64,000 nt of DNA from positions 14,048 to 78,047 of the forward strand of contig NMRA01000357.1 of NCBI GenBank assembly GCA_002633005.1, read 5' to 3'. Origin of the DNA: Phoronis australis (Eukaryota > Animalia > Phoronida). The notes beneath the pieces were generated by a model. That model ran no database searches and was not told the DNA's origin. It was given only the letters and a program-made list of their open reading frames with translations. Positions 35,801-50,800 of this stretch are shown one piece after another (position 1 is the stretch's first letter; every line of letters begins with the position of its first letter). The translations under genes were made by a program, and so were the position numbers.

Positions 35801-38800
35801 GGTAGCTAAATGTTTGACTTATGAGAAACGACAGAGTAGTCAGTGAACATACACTTGGCGTGAACTGAATTTCAAAGAACGGAAACGCACACACGTGTAC
35901 ACGCATGCATGTCAATCCACTAATCCACAATCAAAGTGGACACTTGATGATCAAGATATTTGGCGATCACTTAAAATTCGAAATTTGAAAATGCCTGCAT
36001 TTAATCCATACTATGCTAGAAAGTACACCAAAGTAGCAAATAACAAACCCATTTTCTGCTGTTTTGTTTCTTGGTCGATTTTAAAGGCATTCACACCGCA
36101 CTACATTTGGGGATCTCTCTCGATGCTACAAAGTTTGGGCTAGGCATAGACATTTACTTCTAGACTTCCTTGTTACCCTATGGTGTAGAGACCTAGCGCT
36201 TTCAGTGCACATGATTAACATAAAGCCTCCTCTAATCGTTATCTACGCAGTCACCACTCGGGCCGGATACCACCCGTGTGAAGCGCTTTACATCAGAAGC
36301 AAATTCAGAATTAATATTAACTTGCCTAAGATTGTGGTTAGTAGAAAATGTAGTTACAACAATTTTTTGTTCATCTATTATATTCTATCTAATCCTCGAC
36401 CTTTTCCTCGGAGGGGGGTTCGATCGAACCCCCGAACCTCCCTGGCTAAGGGCCTATATAATTATGTTACGACTTGTATGTTTCAAAATAACAACTTTTA
36501 ATGTGAAGCTGAAGAAGACCATACGTGCACGAGCACTCTATTGCAGTTTAATTATTGGATTCAACGGAACGCCTGATAATTGAATAACTACTAAAATGAC
36601 ATTGACAAAGAATCAAGCAAGATGCTCACATCAGTTTTACATTAAACGTTTGATATCATAACATGAGCCTAAGCAGTGAAGAACTGATTAATTTGATCGA
36701 TGAAACCTCATGTAAGGAGACAATTGTATCCTTAAAATGAAATACCTCTACACGATCTTTTGTCTGAAGCCAATTTGTATCCAGGGTCACAGCGACACTG
36801 GTAGGAGCCGTAAGTATTGATGCAGGAGTGTTGGCACAGACGAGGAGTGAGGCACTCGTTTTTGTCTGGAAGACACGACAGAAATGAGCAAGGTATTCAA
36901 GTTTTTTAGCCAACTGAGGGCAGCATATAATAGCACAACGATAGTAGTCAAAGAATTATGAAGACAATAACTGGCAAGGTTTTGTTTTACAAGTCATCGA
37001 CGGGGTTTTCCAATTCTCCGTAACGTCACCCCTTCTTCATTGAGATTGGTTCTGCTCTAATGACGTAAAACATTTTAAAAATAAAACTAAATTGTAAACA
37101 CAGTTGATCTGCGAGAGACAATTGCTTGTGAATGTTCCACTACTCACCCGAACAGGTACGACCGTTATCTCTCGACTCGAACCCTTCTTTGCAGACACAT
37201 CGGTATGAACCCGCTACGTTTAGACAGCGCGCATGAACTGAACAGACACGATTTCCAAACCTTGTGCACTCGTCATCATCTAGAAGCACAAAGGCATAAT
37301 AAGAAGGTGAAGGACACGAACTGGGCAAACGATTAATTGTTACAGTATTTAGAAAGTTCTGCAATAGAAATCTCACCTTCGCATTTTTTGTTAGTTGGAT
37401 TTAAGCGATACCCTTGTGGACATTTGCATTTGTAGCTGCCCCGTTCATTGACACACGTCTGAGGCGGAGAACTGGTCGTATCGCAACTGTGCGTTCCCGC
37501 TACGCATTCGTCAATATCTGAAAAAGTATTTAATGTTTATTGTAGAAAATGACTATTGTGTGAAGTACTTGATGTGAAAGTTTTAGATCTAAGCGAATGC
37601 AAGTTGGCGTCGAGAAATTTAAATTCATGTTTTTGCATATCAAGCATTTTCTTCTCAATTCCATAGTCTTTGTACACACGGTGGCATTGTCTACCATCAT
37701 CTCAACCAGCAGTAGAGACGGTGGCCAACCCACAGGCTCTTAATATGGTGGAAGCTTTTCGGCGAATTATTCCTCACACTGGTTAAACCATCAAAGTCAC
37801 GTTGATGTAAGTACCTTGTGCGCATAGAGAGGAACCTTAGGAGGCTTTCGACGTCTTTAAATCCTTCCAACTCGAACAAATACTACCGTAATCAAACATG
37901 TTTTTAGCAGTACTACGTCCAGTTGCCCAAATCGCCAACTGGTAATTTTCACACTACTCGTGCCAGGATATATGACATCGTAGTTGAGACGGTGACACTG
38001 TCCAAGCGGAGAGTGTACTTAGAGGCGAGTCGTCTAGATTTTTAGACATGTTGCTTTCTACACAAATCGCCCATGCAACTCACTGTATACATGACGCACA
38101 AATGTAAGAATTACAATAGCAAGTAGAAAAAATGCCAAACGAGTGGTTGATTTACCTTCGCAGAACGTGGCATCAGCGTTGGGCTGGAAACCTTCGTAGC
38201 ATGATAGTGTATTAACACACCTGAATGCACCACGTGTATTTTCACATCTTTGATTGGCAGCACATGGAGTGCCTTCACTACATTCGTCAATGTCTGTCAA
38301 ATATGAGAGAAATAACGAAGTCGCAAAATCATCGATGAAATAATGAAACAATAGTGTCTGCAATAACACCTATGGTAAGGACAACGGGGACTACCAAAAT
38401 GAAGTGTGTGACTCTGGTAGATCTAGGATGCACCTGTAAATACATTTCTTGTTCCCGCGGTAGCAGGAGGCGGGCTACCCGGTTCTCCTACTCAATTTGT
38501 TTTTATTCTAGTCCTGTCCGAGATATTTAGTTATTCATTGAAAAGTCAATATGCAAGGCGTATCACAACGGTAGACTCAGTTTGAAATTGCTGTAACCCC
38601 ACCTTGTGTCCCTTCTCGTGGTACTATCACCGTGGCTTCATCGAAAGGTTAGGAAATAGTACAAGAAAAAATAATCACAGTACTTTTAAATTCTATATAG
38701 AGAAGTAACCTCAAGGCAAGGCATCTATTTTCGGTCACCAAAAATTCAAAAAAGTCACGCAGAACTATCCGAAATCACTCCGTTCGAAAATAAAAGTGAA

Positions 38801-41800
38801 CCCGCTGAACTGAACAACTTACCAACACAATTGAACTCGCTGTTGGCACGCATTCCACGCGGACATGTCACGCGCTCACAAATGCCCGTTCTGTAATTGA
38901 GTCTTGACCCTAGGGGACAGTCACGCTCCTTGATTTCGCACCTGAATGACCCGGGAATATTCTTGCATTCGTAGGAATCGCCGCAATTGTCCGTTCCTAT
39001 GCGACATTCGTCAACATCTAAAATTAGAATAATTAAACTCGATTATTCCTAATTATCGGAAAACTGGACGTGACGGTGTTATCTATAATTATAAGAATGG
39101 GCGAAATCTGTCATTCGGATACACATCGTCCAAATATATGCGAGTTTGGTATGATTGGAGGCTTTGCGTCGCTGAACACTCTTCCCGGGATTTTGAAATA
39201 AAGCGCATGAAAAATAATGCAATGCGTCTGATGTTTGTTTGCACACCAGTTTATAGACCTTCATAAAAGTAACGGTGCAAGTAGACTTTACACCATACGA
39301 GTTTTTAAAGATAACCTACATGAGACCACACTTAAATTAGAAGAATAACTGTTACTGTAGTATGTTTTCCTTACATTTTCTTACGGAAACATTAGCGTAC
39401 TAAACTTACCAACACATCCTTGCGACTGTTCATCCAGTGTATATCCTGTACCGCACGATACAGTGCGTCGACAATAGTATGACCCCACGGTATTGACACA
39501 CTGTTGGCCTTCGGTGCACGAGTCTTGACGGCGAACGCATTCATTAATATCTGAGTAAAACGTGGACACGAACATTAGACCAATCTGTTTGAAATCGTTT
39601 ATAGTTTTCACAAAATTCACTAAGAAACTGAATATTCCTATTATTGCCAACTTCTAAAAAGTTCGCTAACTTCCTCGCAAGGGAATTACGTAGATTTGGT
39701 TAACCGTAGGTTTGCTTTTAGTGGTATAGGAAAAAATGTCCCGACTTGAAATCAGTTTTCATTAAACAGGATATAAAACACAACATAACGTCGAAGAGAA
39801 TTAGACATAGTCTTCTGATGACAGATCCTATTTATAGCGACGTTCTATTGGAAAAGCAAAAAATCGGCAATTTCTAAGTAATAATTTTTGAAACGGTTGA
39901 GTTCGGGCCACAATTACGGCCTATGAGCCAAATCCTTGATACAATGCAGACACGGAAAACTGAAAGTGTTAATAAACGCCTCATGTCAGAACTTGAAATA
40001 TTTCCTTTCTGAATAACACCAATCAAAACGAGTAGCCCTGGAAATACAAGCGTTTCGCAACATCATGCCACATAAGTTGAACGCCAATAAACAGAGACAG
40101 TTTTACAGTATTTGGCCCGCATCACACGCAGCAACAGTTCAAACAAAATATTCTAGCGAAAAATAAGATTAGCTAATTCTAAACCACTTTGGGGTGGTCA
40201 TGTAAGAACAACAACAAAAATTTATTTGTCTATTTACATCAGGTTCTAGCCTGTTCACATTAGCACGACGTTTCCATCAGTCATTTCTTTGGCCATCTCA
40301 TGCGCGCACCCGGGGGGGGGAGCTCAGGGGGCACGAACGAGCCCCCCATTTGGCGAAGTGGGCAAAAAGGTCGCCTGCGAGAAACAAAAAGTCCGAGAAA
40401 GTGGGACAAAAGTCCACTAAACAAGCACAAACGCGCAATTCACAATGGTGCGCCCGATTTTTTTTTTTAGTCCTCCGGCTATTTTGCTACCAAAAGGTCC
40501 ACAACGTTAGGAATTCGAGCCCCCATATTGAAGGCTGGGTGCGCGCATGCATCTTCAGGTATTAACAGCATTTTTAGTGAAGATTTAAATTACAGACCGA
40601 AATGTCGAGCCAACATAGACAGGACTGGGATGTAAGTAGACAAGCTACTTTCAGAAATGATGTTGGACAAATCTAATCTGCTTCATCTCGGTCTTTGGAC
40701 TGAGGTCCTCACTAACCTTGACAGTCTTGGGTTTCGACTTTAAATTGGTAACCACGGAAACAGCGACACAAGAAAGAGCCAATAGTATTTAGGCAATCCA
40801 TGTTGTTTCTGTTACAGTTGTGGTTCCCTGACGTGCACTCGTTTATGTCTAGAAAGCGGTTGCATGCAGTTAACAAGACAAATGGTTAGCGCTGTATGCA
40901 AATACTAATGAGTTTTAGGAAAATTATGTATTCATGTGCGAATTCATGGCAATAAAAGGGAATTAAGTTACGACTTGGAGAAATTCAGTGCAGAGTCATT
41001 CAGAAAACATTTGAAACCCTCAAGTAATTTTGGATCTGCTTTAAATTAAAATAAGCATGATTTGATGACTTAGTTCACTCAGGTCATCCTTAAAGCTGGT
41101 GTTTTGTACGTTAAACACCGAAGCGAATCACGATATTTGATTCGCGTACAATAAGTCAAAGCTGGGTGTACTTTTATGGGGGGACACCGATTAAATCTTT
41201 CATCGTTTATTGTTAGAGAATTCAAGACTTAATCGGTGTCCCTCATAAATTTTTTTAAGATCAGCAATCATATGCCAATGACCTCAACGTGTTTGAGGAC
41301 AAAATCGAAACTTTGAAAAATCTTGTCCAATTTCAGTTCCAAACAATTAAAAACCAAACAAAAATGGCAAAAGAAACGAGGATTCAGAAACTTATAGCTG
41401 TCCTTCTTCCCGCTGGCAGTATCCTTACTGCCATGAGATGGCTTGGTAGGTCGGTAAAATACGCATTATTTCCTCTTTGCGCTCATTTTTGTTGCAAAAT
41501 ATTTTGGTTTTGCTATTCGAAAACAATTCTTTTTTCAGGTGGCTCAATTACAAGTGAGCGCGCGAGGGGACACGAAACAAATTTTTAATTTACGTCTTAT
41601 CTGCACTCACGTAATTTTTCTAAAACTCCGTAACAAAGAAGCGAGATATAATTTGGCGTAAGCGATGAAACAAGGCGTACATGCAATTGGCAGTGGCACA
41701 GCTGGAGGGAGGGTCCACCGCGGGCAGTGTCTCGGCACGGGGGACACCGAAAAGGTGAAAATGGTACAAACTACCGGAGCGCTGTGGCCTATGCTTCAGT

Positions 41801-44800
41801 GGGAGCTGCACAAACTGACATCAAGGACATGGCGACTACCAGGTGCGCGAAGGGGAGGGGGGGGGGGAGGTGGGCAACGCAGCACTATTACCTTCTGCCC
41901 CGGGCGGCGATAACCCCAGCTACGCCACTGGCTGTTGTGTACTTATGCGACCAGCTAACACTAAAAAGCAGTGTGTCGGAAATTTTGTAGCCGTGACATC
42001 AACTACAAACATTTAGATTTCCGAGCATCGGACTATTAACGGCTCTTATAATCCTGTGTCCTTTGGCACAGACCACTTTTACAGGTACAAACTGGTTCTC
42101 AACCTGTTCCTTAAAGACTGTTCACGATTATCGCCATTTTCACGACCGTGCAAACCGTTAGCTTTTCCCGACCTCCTTAACTCCTGTCGAAAGCGTCCAC
42201 TTTTGCAGGTACAAAATGGTTCTCAATCCTTTCCTTATAGACAATATTTACAGGCACAAACTTTTCCCGACTTCCTTAACTCCTCTCAAAAGCGTGTAAA
42301 AATGGCAATACTTTAATAAAGTTTATGCTTTGTATCCGTTAAACTGCAAGTGCGCTTCAAAGTTAAATGCCATCGTTGGCGTGTACAGTGAGATGGTATA
42401 CAATATACTGACAATTTTCAAACAATTCTTCGTGTATTTTGCTTTTGCCTGGTTGGATCACAGCGACATTTCTGCTATCGCTTTGGTGTTGCGTCACGAT
42501 TTTTGGAATGTGAAAAAGTAATGAAAACGTTGACTTCTGTTATCTGATGTCGCCATTTTCATGACGTCAAAAGGATACACTAGCAGCAAGCCCCGACCTC
42601 CCCTCCCCAAAGCGAACGTTTGCACGCTCGTAAATACAGTGACAATTGTGAACGATCATTAGAGAAGTGGCTTTTGGTCTTGCTTAAAAGCCGGCTAGGC
42701 GAATGAAGTGACACGCCGTGACAAGTGAACTTTGAACCCAGTCTGTCAGTTCTTTTCAAGACCAAACATTAATGTTAATTTGACTAAGGAATAATTTGAG
42801 ACCAATTTCATAACGGTACGATTCAAAGGTGCAAAATAATCAATACGATAGAAACAAGTCTGATAGATAAAATCTACAAATTCCTGCTTTGCAATACCTT
42901 CACACCGGTTGGACACCGAATTTAAGACCAGCCCTTTGCCACAAGATCCCGTATTTACGGCGCCGTCTTCACATCGGTAACTTCCAACAGTGTTGATGCA
43001 TATCTGTGAGTAACTACAGATGGCGCTACCAGACGTGCACTCATTTATGTCTGTAAGTGCAAGTTATTCATGCAACAAGCTGGGGGTACGTTCTGTAGAG
43101 GAAGAGTAAACTTGAGACCGTACTACTGTATAACAGCAAAATGGCCGCCGCTGAAGCGATTGGTAGGCGAGGCTGGAATGTGCTTACAACCACCCTTTTA
43201 TCAGGTTTTGAAAAAGACTGCACTGTCAGCATTATTAAACCTTCTTTTACAACACTGCATATCACAACTGTAATTCAATATCACCAAAACGAGAAAATAG
43301 AAGAAAATCGCCATTAGTTTTACCTCCACTGACATCAGTGTGGCATAAGAACGAAGTGCCACCTATGACCGTTCCCGGAGCCAGTGTGTCATGCCCACCA
43401 ACACACGAGTTTCTTGTACAAACCGCGCTGCTCTGATCTCCCGCACGTAAGTGAAAAGTGCAACCGCGTGGTCAAACACTGAGGCTTCACAACCACCAAA
43501 ACGCAATCTTTATTATTGTACAACTGACAGGAAAACTAGCAGCAACAGAGCATGACACATGCAATGCGTAGCCTGTATCAAGCAAAAAAAATGCTCGCAA
43601 CTCGAGATCAGCTGATTGACTGTCAGATAGTGTTTGCGGGTATTTTAATTTGACAGCTGATTATTTGTTGGGGTTGCTTTTGTTGTTTTTGGTCCGAAAT
43701 TGTCGATTTTAAGCGAGCAAATTTACGGTTTCCGTTCCATACGCGAAGATTACTCGTCGCAAGTGTCTCGCAAGTGTTTGGCGTTTACTGAACGCGATTC
43801 GTTATGCCAGGAGACATGTTTGTTTGCTGAACGCGACCGGTTATGTTGGAAGACATGTGGATTTTGGTGAAATTCTATCCAGTGACTAGACCATTTCGTG
43901 TTAGCTATAAACTCAGTTTTAGTGCCATGTATTTATCAATGCAAAAACTTTACAATAAAGACTTTAATGACTTTAATAGGCCTAAAAGTTTACAGTGGAC
44001 CAAACCCCTTCAGCATGTTTGAAATCGGTCTTCAGATTTCCATTTCCAAAAGCATGGGTCTTCTTTCCGAATCAGATTTTCAGGATCTCCGGTGGTTTAG
44101 TAAATTGCCACAGAACGTTTTAGTTATTTTCTAAGTCAAGGTCATTTAATTGCGGCATGCATAGAATCGAGCTAAGTGTTTTTTAAAGAAGGCCAAAGTG
44201 GTTTACTAGGAACGAACTCTTCGACTTGAAACTAGCTGTCTTGAGCTTCGTGAGAGAGTTTGGTGGAAGAAAACTGTGACTTTTAAAGCGTTTACAAAGC
44301 AATTGAAACAAGCAGACGAAATGACAACAAGCAGAATATAAAATAAATATATTATTATATTTCAAATAATTCTAACGTTACCTTCGCATCTGTTATTTCG
44401 AGGATTCAATCTATGACCGTCTCCACACGTGTCCATGTTTTCACACCTGAAACTTCCGACTGTGTTGACGCATCGCTTGTCAGCAGCGCACACGTTAGCT
44501 TGTATCGTACATTCGTCTATATCTGAAAGACAGTAGTACATGCAATGGGCAACTAGTAGACCATTTTGTTCCTCTATCGAAAGATCGTGCTTTCAAAACC
44601 TGTCAGACGACAGTGTTTGGTAGGACACTTGAGTTCTAGGGCTTCAATCCATAGACGCATCTAACGTGATCACATGCTTAGCTTGTAATGCATGACTCAT
44701 CTCGTCCCAGGGATCTGAAAATGAACAATAGCAGGCACTTTGGAGAATGGAGGGGCAGACCCTACGGACACTTCTGGCAGTTGCGTGTGTGCAATGCATC

Positions 44801-47800
44801 AATATATAAACTCACATGGCTACCATGAGAAGAAGTTTAACGTTCGTCGCAACCATGCACTTTGTTAGGATGTCTCTTAGAACGTAGCTTATCTGAACAG
44901 ACCATAGTTCAACTCGACAGGTAAGCCCACACAGCGACACATGAGCAGGGTGACGACAACAGATCCATTTGTTAGGCATACTATACCTACCATGTACTGA
45001 GTGTGTAATGAGACATCTTAAAGGTGTTCAGCAAAAGTAAACGGACTAAACCTAGCTTCTTACCCCATTGCTGAGTCTCCAAGCGCTGATCTTATCTGAG
45101 TTTCGTAGAACTTACGAGTGTTCACTTGTACACCACTAAATTACATGCAGATGGAACTGTCGGTGTTATTGCTCCAAGGGGCGCAAGGATCAAACTCAAG
45201 CCAAATTGATGACCCAGTGCGAAACTGCTATTGCCAAATCCTGAGACGGACATTATTTGTGAGAAATCATTAGACGAAATATAAAATTTTAGGCTCTTCT
45301 CATTGGCGGATTTAGAGGGGGGGGGCCTAAAATTCTCCCAGATTCCATTTGACAGTTCGGGGGTGCAAATGTCCTATACAAACTGTCGCAATGTTCAAAA
45401 TGACGTAACAAACAAATTGCAACAGTTTGTGAAGACCTTCGAAGCACAAATTGTCACAACATAATCACAAATTGTCACAACATAATCAAGACGGTGACGG
45501 TGCAGTGACGGTTTGTGGGAGCCTCAGGAAAATGACCGACAGATGGAGAAAGGGAAATTGAAGCTGACGACTATGAAGAGGAACGACGTAGAACAAGAAT
45601 GTCAAGGTTAATAAACAACAAAGTTGGCGGAAACTGGGGAGTTGATGAGTTATGGTTGCAATGCAAAGACGAGGAAGTGAGGTAAGGTATAAAACCAAAG
45701 GGATCTTGACACTTAAGTCTGAAATAATGCAAACCATTGTCATATTGTCATCTGTCAGTGGTATCGTGAGGTAGACATTGCACTTATCATGCGCGCACCC
45801 AGCCTAAAAGTGGGGGAGGTTGAATTTGAGAGAATGTGGACCTTTAACTAAGGTTCACGGGGTACGTTCAGACCTATGAATAGTGCAATCGACGAATTTT
45901 GGTAATTGCTGCCTTTTTAGTGGACTTTTGTCTCGTTTTCTACTTTTCAGAGTTTTTGTTTCTCTGAGGCGGACCTTTTTGCCTACTTCGCCAAGTGGGG
46001 GTGTGGGGGGGGGCTTTAAAGCTCCATCCCCCCTCCACTGGGCGTGCGCGTGTTTACTCACGCAGCTTAAAGTCGTTACTTCTGACGTGGTTACAGGTTA
46101 GTGCAGGCAATATGAGGGTTATGACAGTTTCCACAGTTGCGAAAGTGTGTCGTCGAACAGCCTATTACCTTCGCATTGCCTCGTTCTTGTGTTGAACTTC
46201 ATGCCTTTCGCACACGTTCCCAACGATCCAGAGTCTTCGCATCGGAAACTGCCGACAGTGTTGACGCATAACTGCCGGACATTGCAAGTGCCTTGCACGG
46301 CGCATTCGTCAATATCTGGAAAGCAGATACATGCGTGGTAGAATGAAAGGTGGGTTAAAGCAAATGGGTGCAAGGTCAGTGTCATTTTTTTCAGTCGAAG
46401 GGTCCGATACCTATTTTCCTCTTTCATTCTAATTTTCAGTGACGGACGACCGGGACATGGTGGACGATCGCTTATGACAAGGCCAAAGTGGGTGGATTTT
46501 CGAATGCATGTTGGAGATGATCTCGGAAAACCAATTTTGTTTCTGGTTGATAATGTCACTTTACATTGGAATATCCATGCGTGTACATCGAATACTATTT
46601 GAAACATTCCCACTAAAGGGAGAAAAGCCAGTGAACTTAAAATAGCATCTAACCAGTGCATAGCGAGTCAACAATGCTCTCCTTAATAGGAACATACCTG
46701 TCAAGATAGTAAAAATTTAAATCTGACACTAGGTATTGTAAGATACATCCAAAAGTCGTTGTCATTTGTTGTCAAGGGCTTAGAAATGAAATTGCCAAAT
46801 TTCACACAGATGCTGAAGAGGCTTAAGAGGAAAAACAGTGGGTTCTAAAAACGCAGACCTGCCATTAGGGGGGCCATAGCAGTCGAAATTGTCCGAAATC
46901 ACTGTTAGCCACGCGCTTTCCAGTAAAAACACAGATATCAAATTTCATAACGATTCTTAAAGTGGTATTGCTGGTAGAGATGCCAAAAAATCTCAAAGTT
47001 AATAAAAAGGCCACTATGTCAAATCTATCTGAAAATGGGAAGTTGATATCGCCTCTTTTAACGGAAACCTGTTAGGCAAATTTCATAAAAACACGTCGAA
47101 AAGCGCCAAAGATACATAGGAAAAAATAAAATTGTCACTAGATGTCAAAGCAGTAGTCGAATCCGTCCAAAAGTGATTATCACGTGATGTCACCTTTCTA
47201 CAAATACACTTGGCAAATTTCACAAAGATCCTGCCGAGGGTTTAAGAGGTAAAGCCAGGCACGCAAAGAAACAAAAACTAAGGCAAAACCAAACTGCCAC
47301 AAGGAGGCGCCACAGTAGTCGGAGTCCTTCGAAAATCATCGCCAGCCTTTCGCTCCTAAGCTTTGAACATACAGGCCAATATTCAAAACCCTCCTTAAAG
47401 TGGTTTAGCTGATAGAAATGCGGACGTCAAAACTATAAAAACGGCCACTTGGTGGCGTGTACTACGTCAATTCCATCTGAAAACGTGAGGATGTCATCAC
47501 CTCTTCAATAGAAACCTATAAAACAAAATTCCACAAGAAATCATCGAAGAACTACAAAGATACATAGCGGCAGACACACCCATCCGAAAATTCGCTTATG
47601 CCTGTTCCATCCATGAAAGGGACATATCTGCAAAAATTCAAGAACATACATCCAAGAGTTTGGAGATACAGCAGATGATGCCGGAGAGACGGACGGACGA
47701 ACGGACGGGGATGACAACATAACGCGACTACATATAAATATGTGGGCCCATAAAACGCCCTGTCAAACGCAAGTACTGTCGCTTTTGTTCCAGCATGCAA

Positions 47801-50800
47801 CACGATATTTTTTTTCGAGTGTATTTTCAACAAGTTGATTTTCTTCCAGGAAATACTCGTGCATGTCTAAGTCCATCAACTCTCTCGCACACATTACGAA
47901 GAGGTAGGCCTAGAATGTAGGCAAGAAGCGGAATTAATTGATATACATAAAGTCATCACATTGACAATTAAACCTTGGCGGAAAGAGCAGCAGGCGAGGA
48001 GCATGCAAATGGTGTTAAGGGGCACCATTCTGGAACTCTCCAGTAAGTACTTGCACAATATTATCTTCTCACCTTTGCACGATGTGGAGTCGGAATCCAG
48101 CGAATATCCTGCGTTGCAACTGCATTCTATCTGTAGCCCAGAGTCCTTACAGATCTGATCACATGGGTTTTGTGTTGCGCATGCGCCAGCTTCGGAGTTA
48201 ACTGAAGAGAAGAAAGACACAAAGCAATGATAATTGCCAGAACACTTAACAGAAATGTTTTCTAAATGGCGTGGTTGTGACCCTTGCTGAAAAAGTGTAA
48301 GGTGTTTGCATGCTTTTAGTAATGGTGTAACAGCCGAAAATAATCAAACAAGTGACGTGAATAAGCAGTGGATATATTCTGAAATGCAGCCAAGAACTTC
48401 CCCAGCCATCCTTTCATCCGGCACAAAATAATCTGACTTTACCCATGCCAACAATCTGGGACGTAATGCGTTTACATGATTTTAATGATGGGGGAATAGT
48501 AGAAAATCGTTTGAATAAGCAGTGCCTGTTTTCTGGAATTTACAACTTTCAAAAGAAATCAAGTGACTTCGGTCGCCTTTCGTCAGGAACGAAACAGGAC
48601 ACTAGTCACATACAGGGGTTCCGGATTTTTTGAGTTTCATGCCAATTATTTATTGGAGGAAATTGATTTGAATAAGCAGCGAAACCAGTTTGAATTGAAC
48701 ATTTGACCAGACATCGACGGAGTCACCTGGTACGCAGTTGCGTCCGCCTTCAGCTGACAGCTCGTATCCACGTTCACATTCACAACGGAACGAATCCTGT
48801 CCAGTCTCGTCAACCACGTCGACGCATATTTGGTCGCACAGCTGGTTAGTAAACCTTGCACATAAACCTACGCAACGACACCATGGTCAGTAAGTGATTA
48901 CTAAAATCTACTAGGTGCAAAGTGTATACCTCTAAGCACACTAAACCTGTTAATCATCGGCTCATTACGACCAGCTCTTTCATTAAAACGTGCTCACATT
49001 CAGAGACACAGTTTATGTATACTACCAACTATTTCCTGTGATGTGTCTTTTACGTTCCCTGCAACCGTTTGGCTACTAATCACATTACACATGTTCCTGA
49101 ATGATCACGCATATTTTCTATAAATTCAAATTAATAGACAAGGATAGTTTCCCCTCCTGTTGAAATGAATTCAATTGTAAACAGAGAGAACATTGCAAAC
49201 GTTACTTTCGCCGTTTCCATTTCCTCCACTTTGGCTGCCTCCGGCTCCATTCCCCTGGTTGTTCCCATTTCCTTCACCATGGCCACCTGTTTCACTTCCG
49301 GTTGTGTCGTTGGACGTCATCAAATTACAGCAGTCCGAGAAGGTAGCAGAGCAGAGATCACCAAAGTTGGAGTCAAGTACGGACATTTCGCAAGCCAAAC
49401 CTTCCTTGCCGGCCACTTGTCCGAGTTTACAACATCCGCAGCATTCCTACAGATGGCGGTGCGGTAGTTTTGTGAAACAAAATTTACATGAACCACATAC
49501 ATATCTAATTGTAAAGTTTCGGAAAAGAGTCTCATTTACTTGTTTTACTAGTTTATTGCACTACCTGAACGCTTTATAGACATAATCTAATTGGCAATAA
49601 TAAGAGCGCAATTTTAATTCAAGTTAACGAGCAAATCTGGAACATACTTCGATAAAAGTACAGTTAAAAGCAACTGTTTGGTTTTAAGTACACGAAAACT
49701 TTTGTGAATTTACAAGAAAAACGAGTAAATGAAATTTGAAGGAAATGCGGCAAAAGTTCAGAAAATGGGATTTTAATTACAATCGAATATCTGGTTTTCT
49801 AATTAAATGTCACTGACATTTATTTCCTGTCAGTCAGCCTCTGTTTGCCCATCGATCGGACTAAACATACCATTTCCAAAGGTGCACAACTTCTGTCTCC
49901 TTGGAGATTGTCACAGCGGCCATGTCGGATAGCATGGGCTTTCCCAGTTTCACACGACTGATTGCTTCTCGTTTCATAACAACATACTTCAATAACTGCA
50001 AGGCAGCTCATCCGATCGTCATCATTGTAATCCAAATTGAAGTCGTCCAACGGAAGATTCCGGCAATCTCCGTCTGTCTGCGTGGCAAAGTTTACCCCAA
50101 GGCTACAACACTGTTTAACGAGCGGGAACAAGGCACCTGTAAAAAGACAAGACACGTGACCTTGATGTTATGATTGTAAGCAAAAAGAACGTCTCAAATC
50201 AGCATAACTTTTGGCGACCATTATAACATCTGAGACAGCTCTCCCTACGCTATAGAATAAGTGTGCAATTTTTACTTAAATCATTATCGCGCTAAAGAGA
50301 AATTGGTGCTGAAAGCGCTAAAGACAATAACATGTGAAAGACGTCTCAAACAATTGAAACAAAATGTAATAACCACAGTCTGCGCATATTGCAATTATTA
50401 AATCCACGACAGTTCCCATTTCCTCAAATAAGATGTTGCCATCTAGAAGGAGAATGAGGTACTCAATGTATTTAGCTTTGAGGTTTACATGCTACGATAT
50501 CTAAACGGCAATGTTTACCAGATTAGAAGACAAAATTCACAAGTGTCTCGTTTAACAATAAGTAGGAGGGGTGAATGGTTTTCCATTGACCCTTCGCGTG
50601 AAACGACATTTTCAGGTGCGGGAACGGGCGGAAGGGGGGGGGGGGGNGGGGGGGGTGAGCATTCAAGGCGACCGGCTGGGGTGGGATGAACACTCATGGC
50701 GACCGGGGATGGGCCGGGGTGAGCATTCATGGCGACCGGGGAGCATTCATGGCGATCAGGAGGGGAGGGGTGAGGCTGGGGGCGAATTGAGGATTCATGG

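Noticed and set aside
44640-44720. Possible extra fibulin exon (TTTTCAG|AT.. resembling the neighbouring exon start)
   Set aside because: No EGF cysteines and an in-frame stop follows.
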